A stretch of 32,000 nucleotides of DNA from Trichodesmium erythraeum IMS101 (GTDB taxonomy: Bacteria; Cyanobacteriota; Cyanobacteriia; Cyanobacteriales; Microcoleaceae). The stretch spans positions 3,390,001 to 3,422,000 of the forward strand of contig NC_008312.1 in NCBI RefSeq assembly GCF_000014265.1, given 5' to 3'. Positions 8,086 to 17,335 of the stretch are shown here, piece after piece. A program made the translations under genes and the position numbers. A model generated the notes under the pieces. The model saw nothing but the letters and a program-made list of their open reading frames with translations. It was not told the DNA's origin and did not search any database. How positions within the stretch are numbered: position 1 is the stretch's first letter; each line of letters starts with the position of its first letter.

Positions 8086-8754
8086 CTTTGAGTTCTTTTG
8101 CTACGAACATCACTTAGTAGTATTATAGCAATTTTTAAGTAGTCTAGCATAGGACTGAGCCAATAATACCCAATTGTCTTGACAACTCCCGTTGCTCAAA
8201 GCAAGGGATTTTTCCTTCATCATTCAATACCTTGCAAAAGCAGTACCTTTGCTTGGTATTACTCGAACTCCAGAAGCGTTAGAGAGATGCCCTCCCGCCT
8301 AAATTCTTAATCCTTCATACATGATATAATTCAAGCTAAAAATTAACGTTTAGTATCACAATCTCTATTCTAAAAATTTACCCCTTCAGACTGCAATCGG
8401 AAGAGGGCAGAAAAAAACAAACACTAAAAACATAAACAAATAAAATTTATAAACAGAGTCCATACCGAAATATGGTTTGATGCTGAATAGGGACCTAAAG
8501 GTCATCCAATATCAGTTACTCTAGTCACAATGAATAAAGTATATCACATCATCGACAATAAATACAAGAACTCTCACAATTACAAAAGGCACAAATTCGA
8601 CAGAAAATACAAAAGAATAATAAGATTTTGTGATCTAAAAAAGACGGAAATTATACCTAAACTTTGTATTAAAATAGGCATACATCCTTATCACAATAGC
8701 AATGTTGATATAGCAATCGAAGGAAAGGTTAGGACGTTAACTTAATAGCATAAT

Positions 8755-9582
8755 CAACTCTCAATGCGAAAATTTTCTCTTGTTCCAACGGACTTTCTGA
8801 GGAGGTTTTTAATTGGAAACCAATAATGTTCTATTTTATTTAAGTCAGGAAAATATGGTGGTAAATATTCAATTTCACTTTGGCACTGATTCTATTAATT
8901 CTCTCATTTTTGGGAATTTATGAAAACTTCCATTGTCTAATATTACTAATTGTCCTATCTTTAATTATGGCCACAATTTTTTTGCCAACCATTTTTCAAA
9001 AACTACACGGTTACAAGAGCCTTCAAATTGTGTTATGGGGCAACTAATTTTCCCTGACACAAACCACTTATAACACTTACCCTTAGACTTCTTTTTCCTG
9101 ACTTTAAATCGTAATATCTTTTTCCCAATTTATTCCATCCATAACCATAATCTTCTCTATTGTCCATACCTGATTCATCTATATACACCAACTTTTCCGG
9201 CCTTTCCATGGGAATTTTGGCCAGATTTTTTTTCTTTTGTCTTCATCTATTTCCCTGTAACCGTCAGTTTTTTTTCTTGTATAACCAATTTTTTTTAACG
9301 CTTTACTTATAGCGCGAGCGCTTACTGATTCTGGCCATTCAGAAGCTATTTAGGAATAAGTTTTACTGCCATTAATCTGGACAAATGCTCGCTTATTGTT
9401 CTAAGTCTGATTTGATAACCTGTTAATGCTACTATATCCCCAGTTTTTCTTATTCTATGTAACCAAGTCTTGATGGTATTACGACTAATCTTAAATATAG
9501 AACTTACTTGAGTTTTACTCATCCCACCATCAATGGCCTTTTAAACTTTTTGTCTTAAGTCATAGCTATAAGGAGAAGGCAT
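8755..9582 (-). pseudogene. Degraded IS630-family transposase gene
   Basis: The minus strand from the ATG at 9582 reads MPSPYSYDLRQKV*KAIDGGMSKTQVSSIFKISRNTIKTWLHRIRKTGD, a typical IS630 N-terminal HTH. Downstream pieces (..VYIDESG.., ..LVILDNGSFHK..) are scattered over three frames with many stops. Confidence 0.75.
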
Positions 9583-9658
9583 AATCTTTCCTAGATGATT
9601 TTTCGAGCATTACATCCTAATCTTTGCCTCAACTACTATATCTCAATATTCAATTTAC

Positions 9659-9967
9659 TTAGAGGACAGGACAAGGTAGTGTAATCTGGTACTGGTAGTT
9701 CTAACCCAATTAAGGCAAATATAGATTCCAAAAATCACTCGGTTTGTCGTCCTGCCAAGCTAAACAGAGATTGTAGGGTAGCCATTGATTCAATATTTTT
9801 CGTTACTGTAGGTATTAAATGCCCCCCGATGTCCAGTTTTCTCTTGGTTGAGCCACTGCTCTATGATGTCATCACAAGCACCAAAATGTTAGATTCCCCC
9901 TTTGTTTCAAGGAAGCATTGTATTCAGACCAGTTACTGACTCTGTATTTGGACTTGGACTTACTCAT
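9659..9967 (-). pseudogene. N-terminal fragment of an IS5-family (IS903-like) transposase
   Basis: The minus strand reads MSKSKSKYRVSNWSEYNASLKQRGNLTFW followed by stops, then ..LQSLFSLAGRQTE-like and LELPVPDYTTLS-like pieces in other frames. This matches the conserved N-terminus of IS903-group transposases. Confidence 0.65.
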
Positions 9968-10075
9968 ATCTAAAATAGGTGCAGATTTTTTGTACTATAA
10001 CTATATTTTTAGTCCATTTTCATCTTTTGTGCAACAAAGCAGCAAAAAAATCCCGAAAATTACTGTCAAAATTGT

Positions 10076-11407
10076 TTAGGCAATTTCCGAAAAAATCAAA
10101 GCTCGACCCCGAACTTCAGAATTAAATTCACCACGATTAAAAGCAACCTCTCCCCCAACAATAGTAACAACAGGCCAACCAGTTAAACTCCATCCTTCAA
10201 AAGGACTCCACCTACATTTTGTCATCAATTCCTCTCTTAAAACAGGGCGATAATTATTTAAATCAACTAACACTAAATCTGCATCAAAACCAGGAGCGAT
10301 CGCACCCTTTTTCAGAATTCCATAACCCTTAGCCACAGCAGTAGACATCCAATTCGAAACCTGAGCAACAGAACATCTTCCCTCAATAGCTTGAGTCAAC
10401 ATCAAAGGCAAAGAAGTTTCCACCCCAGGCATTCCCGAAGGAGTATTCGGATAACCTTTACCCTTTTCTGCCAAAGTATGAGGTGCATGATCCGTTGCAA
10501 TAAAATCAATTACTCCATCCAACAAAGCTCGCCATAAAATATCATTATCACCAGCAGATTTTAAAGGAGGATTCATCTGAGCTAAAGTACCAATTTTTTC
10601 ATAAGCACTTGTATTTAAGAACAAATGTTGAGGCGTAACTTCAGCAGTTACCCAACTAGGCTTATCCTGACGCAACAATTCAGCCTCATCTCCAGTCGAA
10701 GTATGCAAAATATGTAACCTCCGCTCATACTTCTTAGATAATTTCAAAGCCATCTTAGTTGCCAACAAAGCAGCTTCATTATCCTGAATTTGTGAATGAA
10801 TAGCAGGATCAGAAATACCAGCAAACTGTTTTTTCCTTTCATCAATTCGAGCTTGATTTTCAGCATGAACAGCAATTAATCTTTTTCCCCTAGCAAAAAT
10901 TGGCTCTAACTTTTCCTCAGTATCCACCAACAAAGGTCCGTGCATAGAACCCATAAAAATTTTAATTCCAGGAGTAGGATTAGCTGTTAATAAATCAGGT
11001 AAATTCTCTGCCGTTGCCCCAATAAAAAAACCAAAATTAGCCACGCATTTTTGCTCTGCCCGTCGTAACTTATCATCCAATGCTCCTTGAGTTGTAGTCA
11101 AAGGTTTAGTATTAGGCATTTCTAGAAAAGAAGTAACACCACCCTTCACACAAGCCCGACTAGCAGTAAATAAGTCCTCCTTATGTTCCAACCCAGGTTC
11201 CCGAAAATGTACTTGAGGATCAATTACTCCCGGTAATAAAGTTAAACCTTCAGCATCTATGATTTTTTCTGGAGCTTCAGAAGATGAAATCTCTGGAGCA
11301 ACCTGAATAATTTCTCGGCCTTGAGTTTGCACATCACCAATCAAAAATGTCCCATCCGGTAAAAGGATGCGGGCACGACGAATCAACAAAGAAGAGATAG
11401 GAGCCAT
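10076..11407 (-). CDS. pyrC: Dihydroorotase-family amidohydrolase (long, ~440-aa type)
   Basis: Motifs seen: GVIDPQVHFREPGLEHKEDL, GIKIFMGS (candidate carbamylated Lys), IAVHAEN, LHILHTST, FIATDHAPH. Most metal-ligand positions are present, but the first His of the HxH motif is Gln. Confidence 0.8.
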   Translation of the reverse strand: MAPISSLLIRRARILLPDGTFLIGDVQTQGREIIQVAPEISSSEAPEKIIDAEGLTLLPGVIDPQVHFREPGLEHKEDLFTASRACVKGGVTSFLEMPNTKPLTTTQGALDDKLRRAEQKCVANFGFFIGATAENLPDLLTANPTPGIKIFMGSMHGPLLVDTEEKLEPIFARGKRLIAVHAENQARIDERKKQFAGISDPAIHSQIQDNEAALLATKMALKLSKKYERRLHILHTSTGDEAELLRQDKPSWVTAEVTPQHLFLNTSAYEKIGTLAQMNPPLKSAGDNDILWRALLDGVIDFIATDHAPHTLAEKGKGYPNTPSGMPGVETSLPLMLTQAIEGRCSVAQVSNWMSTAVAKGYGILKKGAIAPGFDADLVLVDLNNYRPVLREELMTKCRWSPFEGWSLTGWPVVTIVGGEVAFNRGEFNSEVRGRALIFSEIA

Positions 11408-11987
11408 AATAAAAATTTGGTTTGAAAACTAGAGAAAGAAAATTTGGTTTGAAACTTATTATATTATTTTAGGAATTAAAGATAAAGGACTAGGAGCTAG
11501 TAATTCAGTAAACAGAAATATAGAAAATACGAAAAAACCATACCTCAATAACTAGAGAAACCGTATAATATTATTTTTATTAAGACTATGGTAATATTTT
11601 AAATTATAAGCACTACAAAAACTAAGACGTTATAGTTTTTATTCACAATCTCTACTAAAGTATTCCAACCATAGGTTGTAGTATTTTATTGTAGGGCTTT
11701 GGTCTGCAAGCCGAGGACAAAAAAATGGCATGAAAAGACTAAACTCAATTCCGTTTTTTTCACAATTTTTTTAGGATTGTTATAATTATCCCTATTATGA
11801 CTATCAACTCAAAAACATAAAAAATCAAAATATCACTATAATACAACATGAACTTAAGATGATTGAAATTCTCGGCTATTTTCAATGCTTAGACAGGGTA
11901 CTTAAAAAAAATCCTGAATCATTAAGGGTTAAAAAACTGTTAAATAAAACCAGTATTTTCAGATTAATTCTGTGATTGATATAGATA

Positions 11988-12638
11988 ATGAATAAAGAAG
12001 AAAAATCAACACATAAAGAAAATCAAAATGAAGAAAATCCTTTGATTGAGTCAATAAAAACTATTGGACTTAGCGTGATTTTAGCTATAGGAATTCGTCA
12101 ATTTGTTGCCGAAGCACGTTTTATTCCCTCTGGTTCGATGCTACCAACATTACAAATTAATGACCGCTTGATTATAGATAAATTGGGTTATCAATTCCAA
12201 GAACCGAAAAGAGGAGATATTGTGGTTTTCAACCCAACAAATGAACTAAAAACTCAGTATAAAGATGCTTTTATTAAACGGATAGTTGGATTACCTGGAG
12301 AGCGAGTAGAATTGAAAGATGGAAAGGTATATATAGATAATCAGATAGTAGAAGAAACTTATGTTGCTTCAGATTCTAATCCAGCAGAACTTGAAGCTAG
12401 AAAAACTAATCACCAACAAACAAGAATAGATGTCTGCCCTCCTGATAAAAGATTTCTTTCTCAACCTGTGGAAGTGCCTCCAAATTCTTATTTGGTTATG
12501 GGGGATAATCGTAATCATAGTTATGATGGCCGATGTTGGGGTTTTGTACCTTATGAAAATATTATTGGTCGAGCTATATTTCGCTTTTGGCCTTTTACTA
12601 GTCTTGGTACAATAGATGAACTACCATTATACGAGTAA
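11988..12638 (+). CDS. lepB: Signal peptidase I
   Basis: Motifs seen: SGSMLPTL (catalytic Ser box), [30 protein letters not shown] (Lys box), [21 protein letters not shown] (box E). An N-terminal TM anchor is present. Confidence 0.9.
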   Translation: MNKEEKSTHKENQNEENPLIESIKTIGLSVILAIGIRQFVAEARFIPSGSMLPTLQINDRLIIDKLGYQFQEPKRGDIVVFNPTNELKTQYKDAFIKRIVGLPGERVELKDGKVYIDNQIVEETYVASDSNPAELEARKTNHQQTRIDVCPPDKRFLSQPVEVPPNSYLVMGDNRNHSYDGRCWGFVPYENIIGRAIFRFWPFTSLGTIDELPLYE

Positions 12639-12943
12639 GAAGCATTTTAGTTATTAGTATCAGTACTGAGCCCTCTAAGGCAAAGGCAAGAAAAGTGTAT
12701 GGCGAATATTTTTTTTATCCTCTGTCTCAGGGAATGCTTGCAGACCCTATTTTTTTTATCAAAATTTGAAATTTAAAGCTCAAGATTAAGGTTTAATTAC
12801 AGTCGGGGGAATTAAGGGATTAAACTTGAATACCTCTAAATCTGAAAAACTTTTAAAATATCAAAAGTTTTTATCAATTTCAAGGTAATGAATTCCTTAA
12901 TTCATATCTTCATGTCTAGGTGCTTCATAACAAATAATATCCT

Positions 12944-14242
12944 TTAAAACTCCCACTCTAGGACACGACCTTGAATTTGTTTTCCTAACCAAGGTGTATT
13001 AAAAGAACGAGATTTCAAAGTTTGTTTTTCTACTACCCAAGTTTCTTGAGGAGCAAATAAAGTCACTTCTGCTGACTTTTGGGGTCTGATATCTCCAGGA
13101 ATTAATCCTAAACATTTGCTAGGAGACGTACTTAATAATCTCCATAACTCTAAAGCCGACATCTGTCCTGTGTTGACAAAACTCTGCCATAATAAAGGTA
13201 ATGCTATTTGTAGTCCTATTGCTCCTGTGGGTGCTTCAGAAAAAGCAACAGTTTTCTCTTCATAAGTATAAGGAGCATGGTCAATAGCAATAGCATCTAA
13301 AACCCCATCCCTAATACCTTCAAGTAAAGTTAAGCGATCGCTCTGACTTCCTAGAGGAGGTTCCAAACGTAAATTCGGGTCATAAGGAAAAAAATAATTA
13401 TCCAGAAGAGACTTACCCTCAATAGCCAGACTATCCAACAACAAATGCATCCAAGTCGTACTAGCAGTAATAGGCAAACCCCTACTTTTAGCATTTGCAA
13501 TTAACTCTACACTCCGAGCAGTAGAGACCCGCATAATATGAACCGGAGTACCAATAGCATCTACTAACTCTAAAACAGCAGCCAAAGCAGAAGTTTCAGC
13601 CATAGTCGAAACCCCAGGCAAACCCAAACGAATAGAATCATACCCCTCTCGCATCACCCCATTACCTGCTAACCCAGAATTTTTGCAAAATAAAGCAACA
13701 GATTTATTCAGAGGTTTCAAATATTCCAAAACTCGTCGTAACAAACCAAGATTTTCTAGAGCCAAACCATCAGCAAACCCTATAACACCTGATGCAGCTA
13801 ATTCCCCCAACTCAGTCATTTCCTTACCTTTTACACCCTGAGTAATAGCACCCCAATAATAAAAGAGAGGAAAAGTAGAATTATTATTTACCTGAGTTGC
13901 CAAATTTTGTAATCTTGCCAAACCAGACAAATTATCCACAGGAGGAAAAGTATCCGGCAAAATTGCTAACCTGGTAAAACCACCTGCCTTAGAAGCTTGC
14001 ATTAGAGATTCTATAGTTTCCCGTTCCTCAAACCCAGGTTCTCCGCTATGACAATATAAATCTACTAAACCAGGACCTAAAATTAATCCCTGACAGTCTT
14101 GAATATCTGTTTTAGTTGGAAACTCGGAAATATTTTCCTCAACTGTGGCTATTTTTCCATCAATAATTAAAACATCAGCAACTCTGTCTGTGTCGTAAAC
14201 AGGGTCTAATATTCGGACTTTTTGAAGTAATTTGCTATTCAT
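12944..14242 (-). CDS. Dihydroorotase-like protein with a degenerate metal-binding site (possible non-catalytic PyrC'-type paralog)
   Basis: The overall architecture is dihydroorotase-like (GLVDLYCHSGEPGFEERETIESL, PVHIMRVST, AIAIDHAPY). Canonical ligands are replaced: HxH becomes YCH, xHAE becomes LFCKN, HxSt becomes MRVST, DHAPH becomes DHAPY. Confidence 0.75.
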   Translation of the reverse strand: MNSKLLQKVRILDPVYDTDRVADVLIIDGKIATVEENISEFPTKTDIQDCQGLILGPGLVDLYCHSGEPGFEERETIESLMQASKAGGFTRLAILPDTFPPVDNLSGLARLQNLATQVNNNSTFPLFYYWGAITQGVKGKEMTELGELAASGVIGFADGLALENLGLLRRVLEYLKPLNKSVALFCKNSGLAGNGVMREGYDSIRLGLPGVSTMAETSALAAVLELVDAIGTPVHIMRVSTARSVELIANAKSRGLPITASTTWMHLLLDSLAIEGKSLLDNYFFPYDPNLRLEPPLGSQSDRLTLLEGIRDGVLDAIAIDHAPYTYEEKTVAFSEAPTGAIGLQIALPLLWQSFVNTGQMSALELWRLLSTSPSKCLGLIPGDIRPQKSAEVTLFAPQETWVVEKQTLKSRSFNTPWLGKQIQGRVLEWEF

Positions 14243-14492
14243 TTCTATAGAAGTCAGAAGAATGTAGGTTGGTTAGAACGATAGTGAAACCCAACAAAAC
14301 CTTGTTATGCTAATTTTGGGTTTCCATACCTCAACCAAACCTATACCTAATATTCGGATTTGTTGAAGTAGTTTGCTGTTTATTAATTATATACAAGTCA
14401 GAATAATGTAGAATGTAGATTAAGTAGAACGACAGTGAAACCCAATAAAACCTTGCTAATGTTGGGTTTCGATACCTCAACCCAACCTATAC
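14206..14492. repeat. Two-unit tandem duplication (141 + 146 bp), each unit holding the 5' end or a pseudo-5' end of the DHOase-like gene plus an ~85-bp palindromic MITE-like element
   Basis: Unit 1 is 14206-14346 and unit 2 is 14347-14492. Both begin ctaatattcgg and end acctatac, at roughly 80-85% identity by eye. Each holds an internal hairpin gaaacccaa..ttgggtttc. In unit 2 the position of the gene's ATG reads ATA. Confidence 0.8.
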
Positions 14493-14592
14493 TTATCTCT
14501 TAGCCGAAACATGTCCCATTAGCGAAACAACCTAACCTAGTTCTGGACTTTGCGTCAGCAAAAATGTAACTTACAGGACTTTTTCATAATTG

Positions 14593-14985
14593 TCAATCAA
14601 AGTAAAATTTTGATGTAGGAAAAAATCCATGATATTTTTTTCCATTGCGCTCTAATACTCCACCATCACCGCTGAACCTCAATTTTGTGGGATGATTAGG
14701 GTCTAAGTGTTGAAAATCTTGACCACAAGGACGCCATTTTTCTTTACTTCGGTCCCAGTAAAAACATTTTCTACTGGTAACTGGGACAAAACAGGTTGCC
14801 ATTTTTATTCCGGGATTAAAGAACCCTCCATAAGAACCAGAAATATCTGGCACTACGTGATAAAAAATGTCTGGCAACTCCTTAAAATAATCTACGTCGG
14901 TTCTAAAATCTTCTTCGCAACGATGAATTGTTTGAGCGCTAGCAGGTTTATATGTTATGAGATTAGGAACACTACTCCAAAGCAA
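14593..14985 (-). CDS. Small Cys-containing hypothetical protein, probably secreted; start codon unresolved
   Basis: 130-aa ORF from a TTG. The frame stays open upstream to 15072 and encodes a signal-peptide-like HKRKELYFSKATIFLCFFFFCLLWSSVPNLITYKPASA/QT, but that stretch has no ATG, GTG or TTG. Confidence 0.5.
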   Translation of the reverse strand: MLWSSVPNLITYKPASAQTIHRCEEDFRTDVDYFKELPDIFYHVVPDISGSYGGFFNPGIKMATCFVPVTSRKCFYWDRSKEKWRPCGQDFQHLDPNHPTKLRFSGDGGVLERNGKKYHGFFPTSKFYFD

Positions 14986-15253
14986 ACAGAAGAAAAAGAA
15001 ACATAAAAAGATAGTGGCTTTTGAAAAGTATAATTCTTTTCTCTTATGATATGGGAAAATATAAACCTCATTTTAGTATATGCAAAGTATAGCAATCAAT
15101 TAAAATGGTGCATTACCACAGATTGTTAAATCATTAGAAAAATTAGTCATTCCAGTAGCATCGAAATATATTAAATGATAGGTGCGTTACATTTCATTTT
15201 CATGTCACGCAGTGAAACGCACCCTACTCTCCTTCGGTTTGGAGACCAAACTC

Positions 15254-16612
15254 CTACAAAGCTCCAGCAGCAGTTTTATCCAAAATACCCCCAGACAAAT
15301 GAGAAGTAATATTCATCACCTCCAATACTGGAAGTCCATCTGGACCTTCAGGATAATCAATCACACTAACTGCCCCATTACCCTGCTTAAAATTCCAGAA
15401 ATGTTCCGGTTCCAAAGCAAATAATTGACAAAGGATAGCCTTATTAATAGCATCATGGGCAACTACAATACCAACACCAGAAACCGACCTAATAATCTCA
15501 TTCCAAGAAACCAGCGCTCTTTTCCAAACTTGCTGTAAATTTTCTCCCTCTGGCATTTGAACCGATGCCGGAAATTCCTTCCACTGTTTCAACAACCCAG
15601 GAAAACCCTCTTCAATTTCTGACTCAAACTTTCCTTCCCAGAGACCGTGGCTAATTTCCCATAAACCATCCAATAATTTTAACTCTACATCTGGATGATG
15701 CTGCAAAATAATCTCAGCCGTTTCTTTGGGACGTAACATCGAACTACTCACAGCAAAATCTAGATGTACATCCTTAAGAAACTCCCTAGCTTGATTAGCT
15801 TGCACTCGACCATTATCATTAAGTGGTACATCAATTTGTCCCTGAAATTTACCATCTCGGTTCCAGTCAGTCTCGCCGTGACGCACCAGTAACAACCGGG
15901 GACCTTGATGGTTACTTCTAGGTTGAGGAAACTTTTCACCAAGCTGAGTAGTGAGATTCATTGATTCTAATTGTACAGGTCCTCCTGGTTCATTCTCTCC
16001 AGAAAAAGAAGAATAAGGAGGAGTAAAGTTTAGTATATTAATACCACAATTGGACTGTTGAATAGAGTGGTAATAAGATGGCTTTATTCCTAAAGCTGTA
16101 GAAATGAGGCAGCGATTAATACCGTTGTGGGCTACAAGTAGAATAGTTTTATGATCATTATTATTCAAAGTCTCTGACCAAAATTTCTTAGCTTGCTCAA
16201 ACAGAGATAATATAGGAAAGTGCTTGATTTGACCCTCTGGTTTGGAAACCTCCATACAAAGTTCCTGGGGACTGCTTTTCCATAAACTATAATCTTCTCC
16301 ATATTTCTCTATCACTTCTTCGCGCATCATTCCTTCCCACAAAGGTAAATCAATTTCTCTTAAATTTTCTTTGATTTGGACCGGGGGTGGAGAGTCTAAA
16401 TAGGAATGAATAATTTCAGCAGTTTGTTTTGCTCTTTGTAGGGGACTGCTATAAATAGCGTCAAATTTTAGGCTTTGAAGAGCTTCACCTACTTGACGAG
16501 CGGTATTTTGGCCTGTCTCAGTCAGAACTGAAGCATCAAGGCGACCTTGAATTCGGCTTTCTATATTATAGGTGCTCTGGCCATGACGCACAAGGATAAC
16601 ACGGGTACTCAT
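15254..16612 (-). CDS. Tandem histidine-phosphatase (phosphoglycerate-mutase superfamily) fusion protein
   Basis: Both halves carry the two histidine-phosphatase motifs: RHG (VILVRHGQSTYN and LLLVRHGETDWN) and the downstream His (LLVAHNGINR and IVVAHDAINK). Confidence 0.85.
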   Translation of the reverse strand: MSTRVILVRHGQSTYNIESRIQGRLDASVLTETGQNTARQVGEALQSLKFDAIYSSPLQRAKQTAEIIHSYLDSPPPVQIKENLREIDLPLWEGMMREEVIEKYGEDYSLWKSSPQELCMEVSKPEGQIKHFPILSLFEQAKKFWSETLNNNDHKTILLVAHNGINRCLISTALGIKPSYYHSIQQSNCGINILNFTPPYSSFSGENEPGGPVQLESMNLTTQLGEKFPQPRSNHQGPRLLLVRHGETDWNRDGKFQGQIDVPLNDNGRVQANQAREFLKDVHLDFAVSSSMLRPKETAEIILQHHPDVELKLLDGLWEISHGLWEGKFESEIEEGFPGLLKQWKEFPASVQMPEGENLQQVWKRALVSWNEIIRSVSGVGIVVAHDAINKAILCQLFALEPEHFWNFKQGNGAVSVIDYPEGPDGLPVLEVMNITSHLSGGILDKTAAGAL

Positions 16613-17335
16613 CGATAATTTATATTATAGATTGATTTGGAACTGTGAGACAGAGTGCATTTTACACTGTTTTAGGTCTTAATAGCTGAACTTAAAAGTC
16701 AAACCTCCCTGAGCTATCTCTAATCAGGAACTTCTAACACCCTTTTCTGATAGGGAGGTGGGGAAGTGGGGGGTTTTACAAGTGTATGTTTTTTAGAATT
16801 ATGCCCTTGAGTGTGGGGAGTGTAGGAAAAGAGGTAAGTATGGGAGGATTTTTTGACCATTTTTTTGTATAAAAAAAAGTACTCTTTTCGGATTGATTTG
16901 ATACTGAATAAAGGTAGTTACTCTACCCATTTGTTAAAAACATACCCCTATAAGAGTGGGAGATGTGGGAAAAAAGCGATCGCTCAATTACATACGGCAG
17001 AAAAAAAACGTATTTTTAAATACATTTACTGTTCCGAAATATTCACTTAATAGTAGATCCATAACTTTTTTCTTTTGTCAAGTTTTATGTTAAGAAAGAT
17101 GTTTATAAAGGATAGTCCTCTAAAGGGGAAGTCGGTAGGGGTTAATGGCCATTCGTCCCTTGACAGTATGGACTATATTTGAGAATGTTCGCCCCGTACA
17201 TCAGTAGGTGGAGTTATCACCGATGTTAAGTCTTTGGAGAGAATAAGGTTACAGACTTTGCTCAGTGATGATTCACAGAAGCAGGAAACTAGCTCTAAAA
17301 AGCTGTTGAATAAGTTTAGTAGAACGGAGATATTA

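Noticed and set aside
8230-8300. The minus-strand sequence ..ctggagttcgagtaatacc.. looked superficially like a tRNA T-arm (GTTCGAG).
   Set aside because: The flanking bases do not form a T-stem, and I could not fold an acceptor or anticodon arm. I found no tRNA in the window.
8530-8745. 71-aa ORF (MNKVYHIIDNKYKNSHNYKRHKFDRKYKRIIRF...).
   Set aside because: It is Lys/Asn/Ile-rich and low-complexity, as expected from translating AT-rich DNA. It sits at the edge of IS630 debris and has no motif and no convincing RBS.
11701-12746. lepB is flanked by an inverted 11-mer (ggtctgcaagc at 11701-11711, gcttgcagacc at 12736-12746), each with a nearby A/T run. This suggested an invertible or mobile lepB cassette.
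   Set aside because: An 11-bp inverted match between two ~1-kb regions is not very improbable, the adjoining similarity is poorly aligned (different spacing), and the core resembles short dispersed cyanobacterial repeats. The evidence is insufficient.
12845-12872. A 10-bp perfect hairpin (aaaaactttt / aaaagttttt, 8-nt loop) between the convergent lepB and DHOase-like genes, considered as a bidirectional terminator.
   Set aside because: The stem has a single G-C pair, so it is predicted to be very weak, and it lies 207 nt from the lepB stop. I cannot distinguish it from chance palindromes in AT-rich DNA.
15181-15223. An inverted 8-mer (ggtgcgtt / aacgcacc) downstream of the phosphatase gene, considered as a terminator. 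A related sequence, ggtgcgtacatttcatt, occurs at about 25313.
   Set aside because: The 27-nt loop and lack of a U-tract make a poor intrinsic terminator. It is more likely a decayed copy of a dispersed short repeat.
16853-17050. 65-aa ORF in the intergenic region upstream of the CPBP protease.
   Set aside because: It is low-complexity, spans a HIP1 site and poly-A/T runs, and has no motif or RBS. It is probably non-coding.
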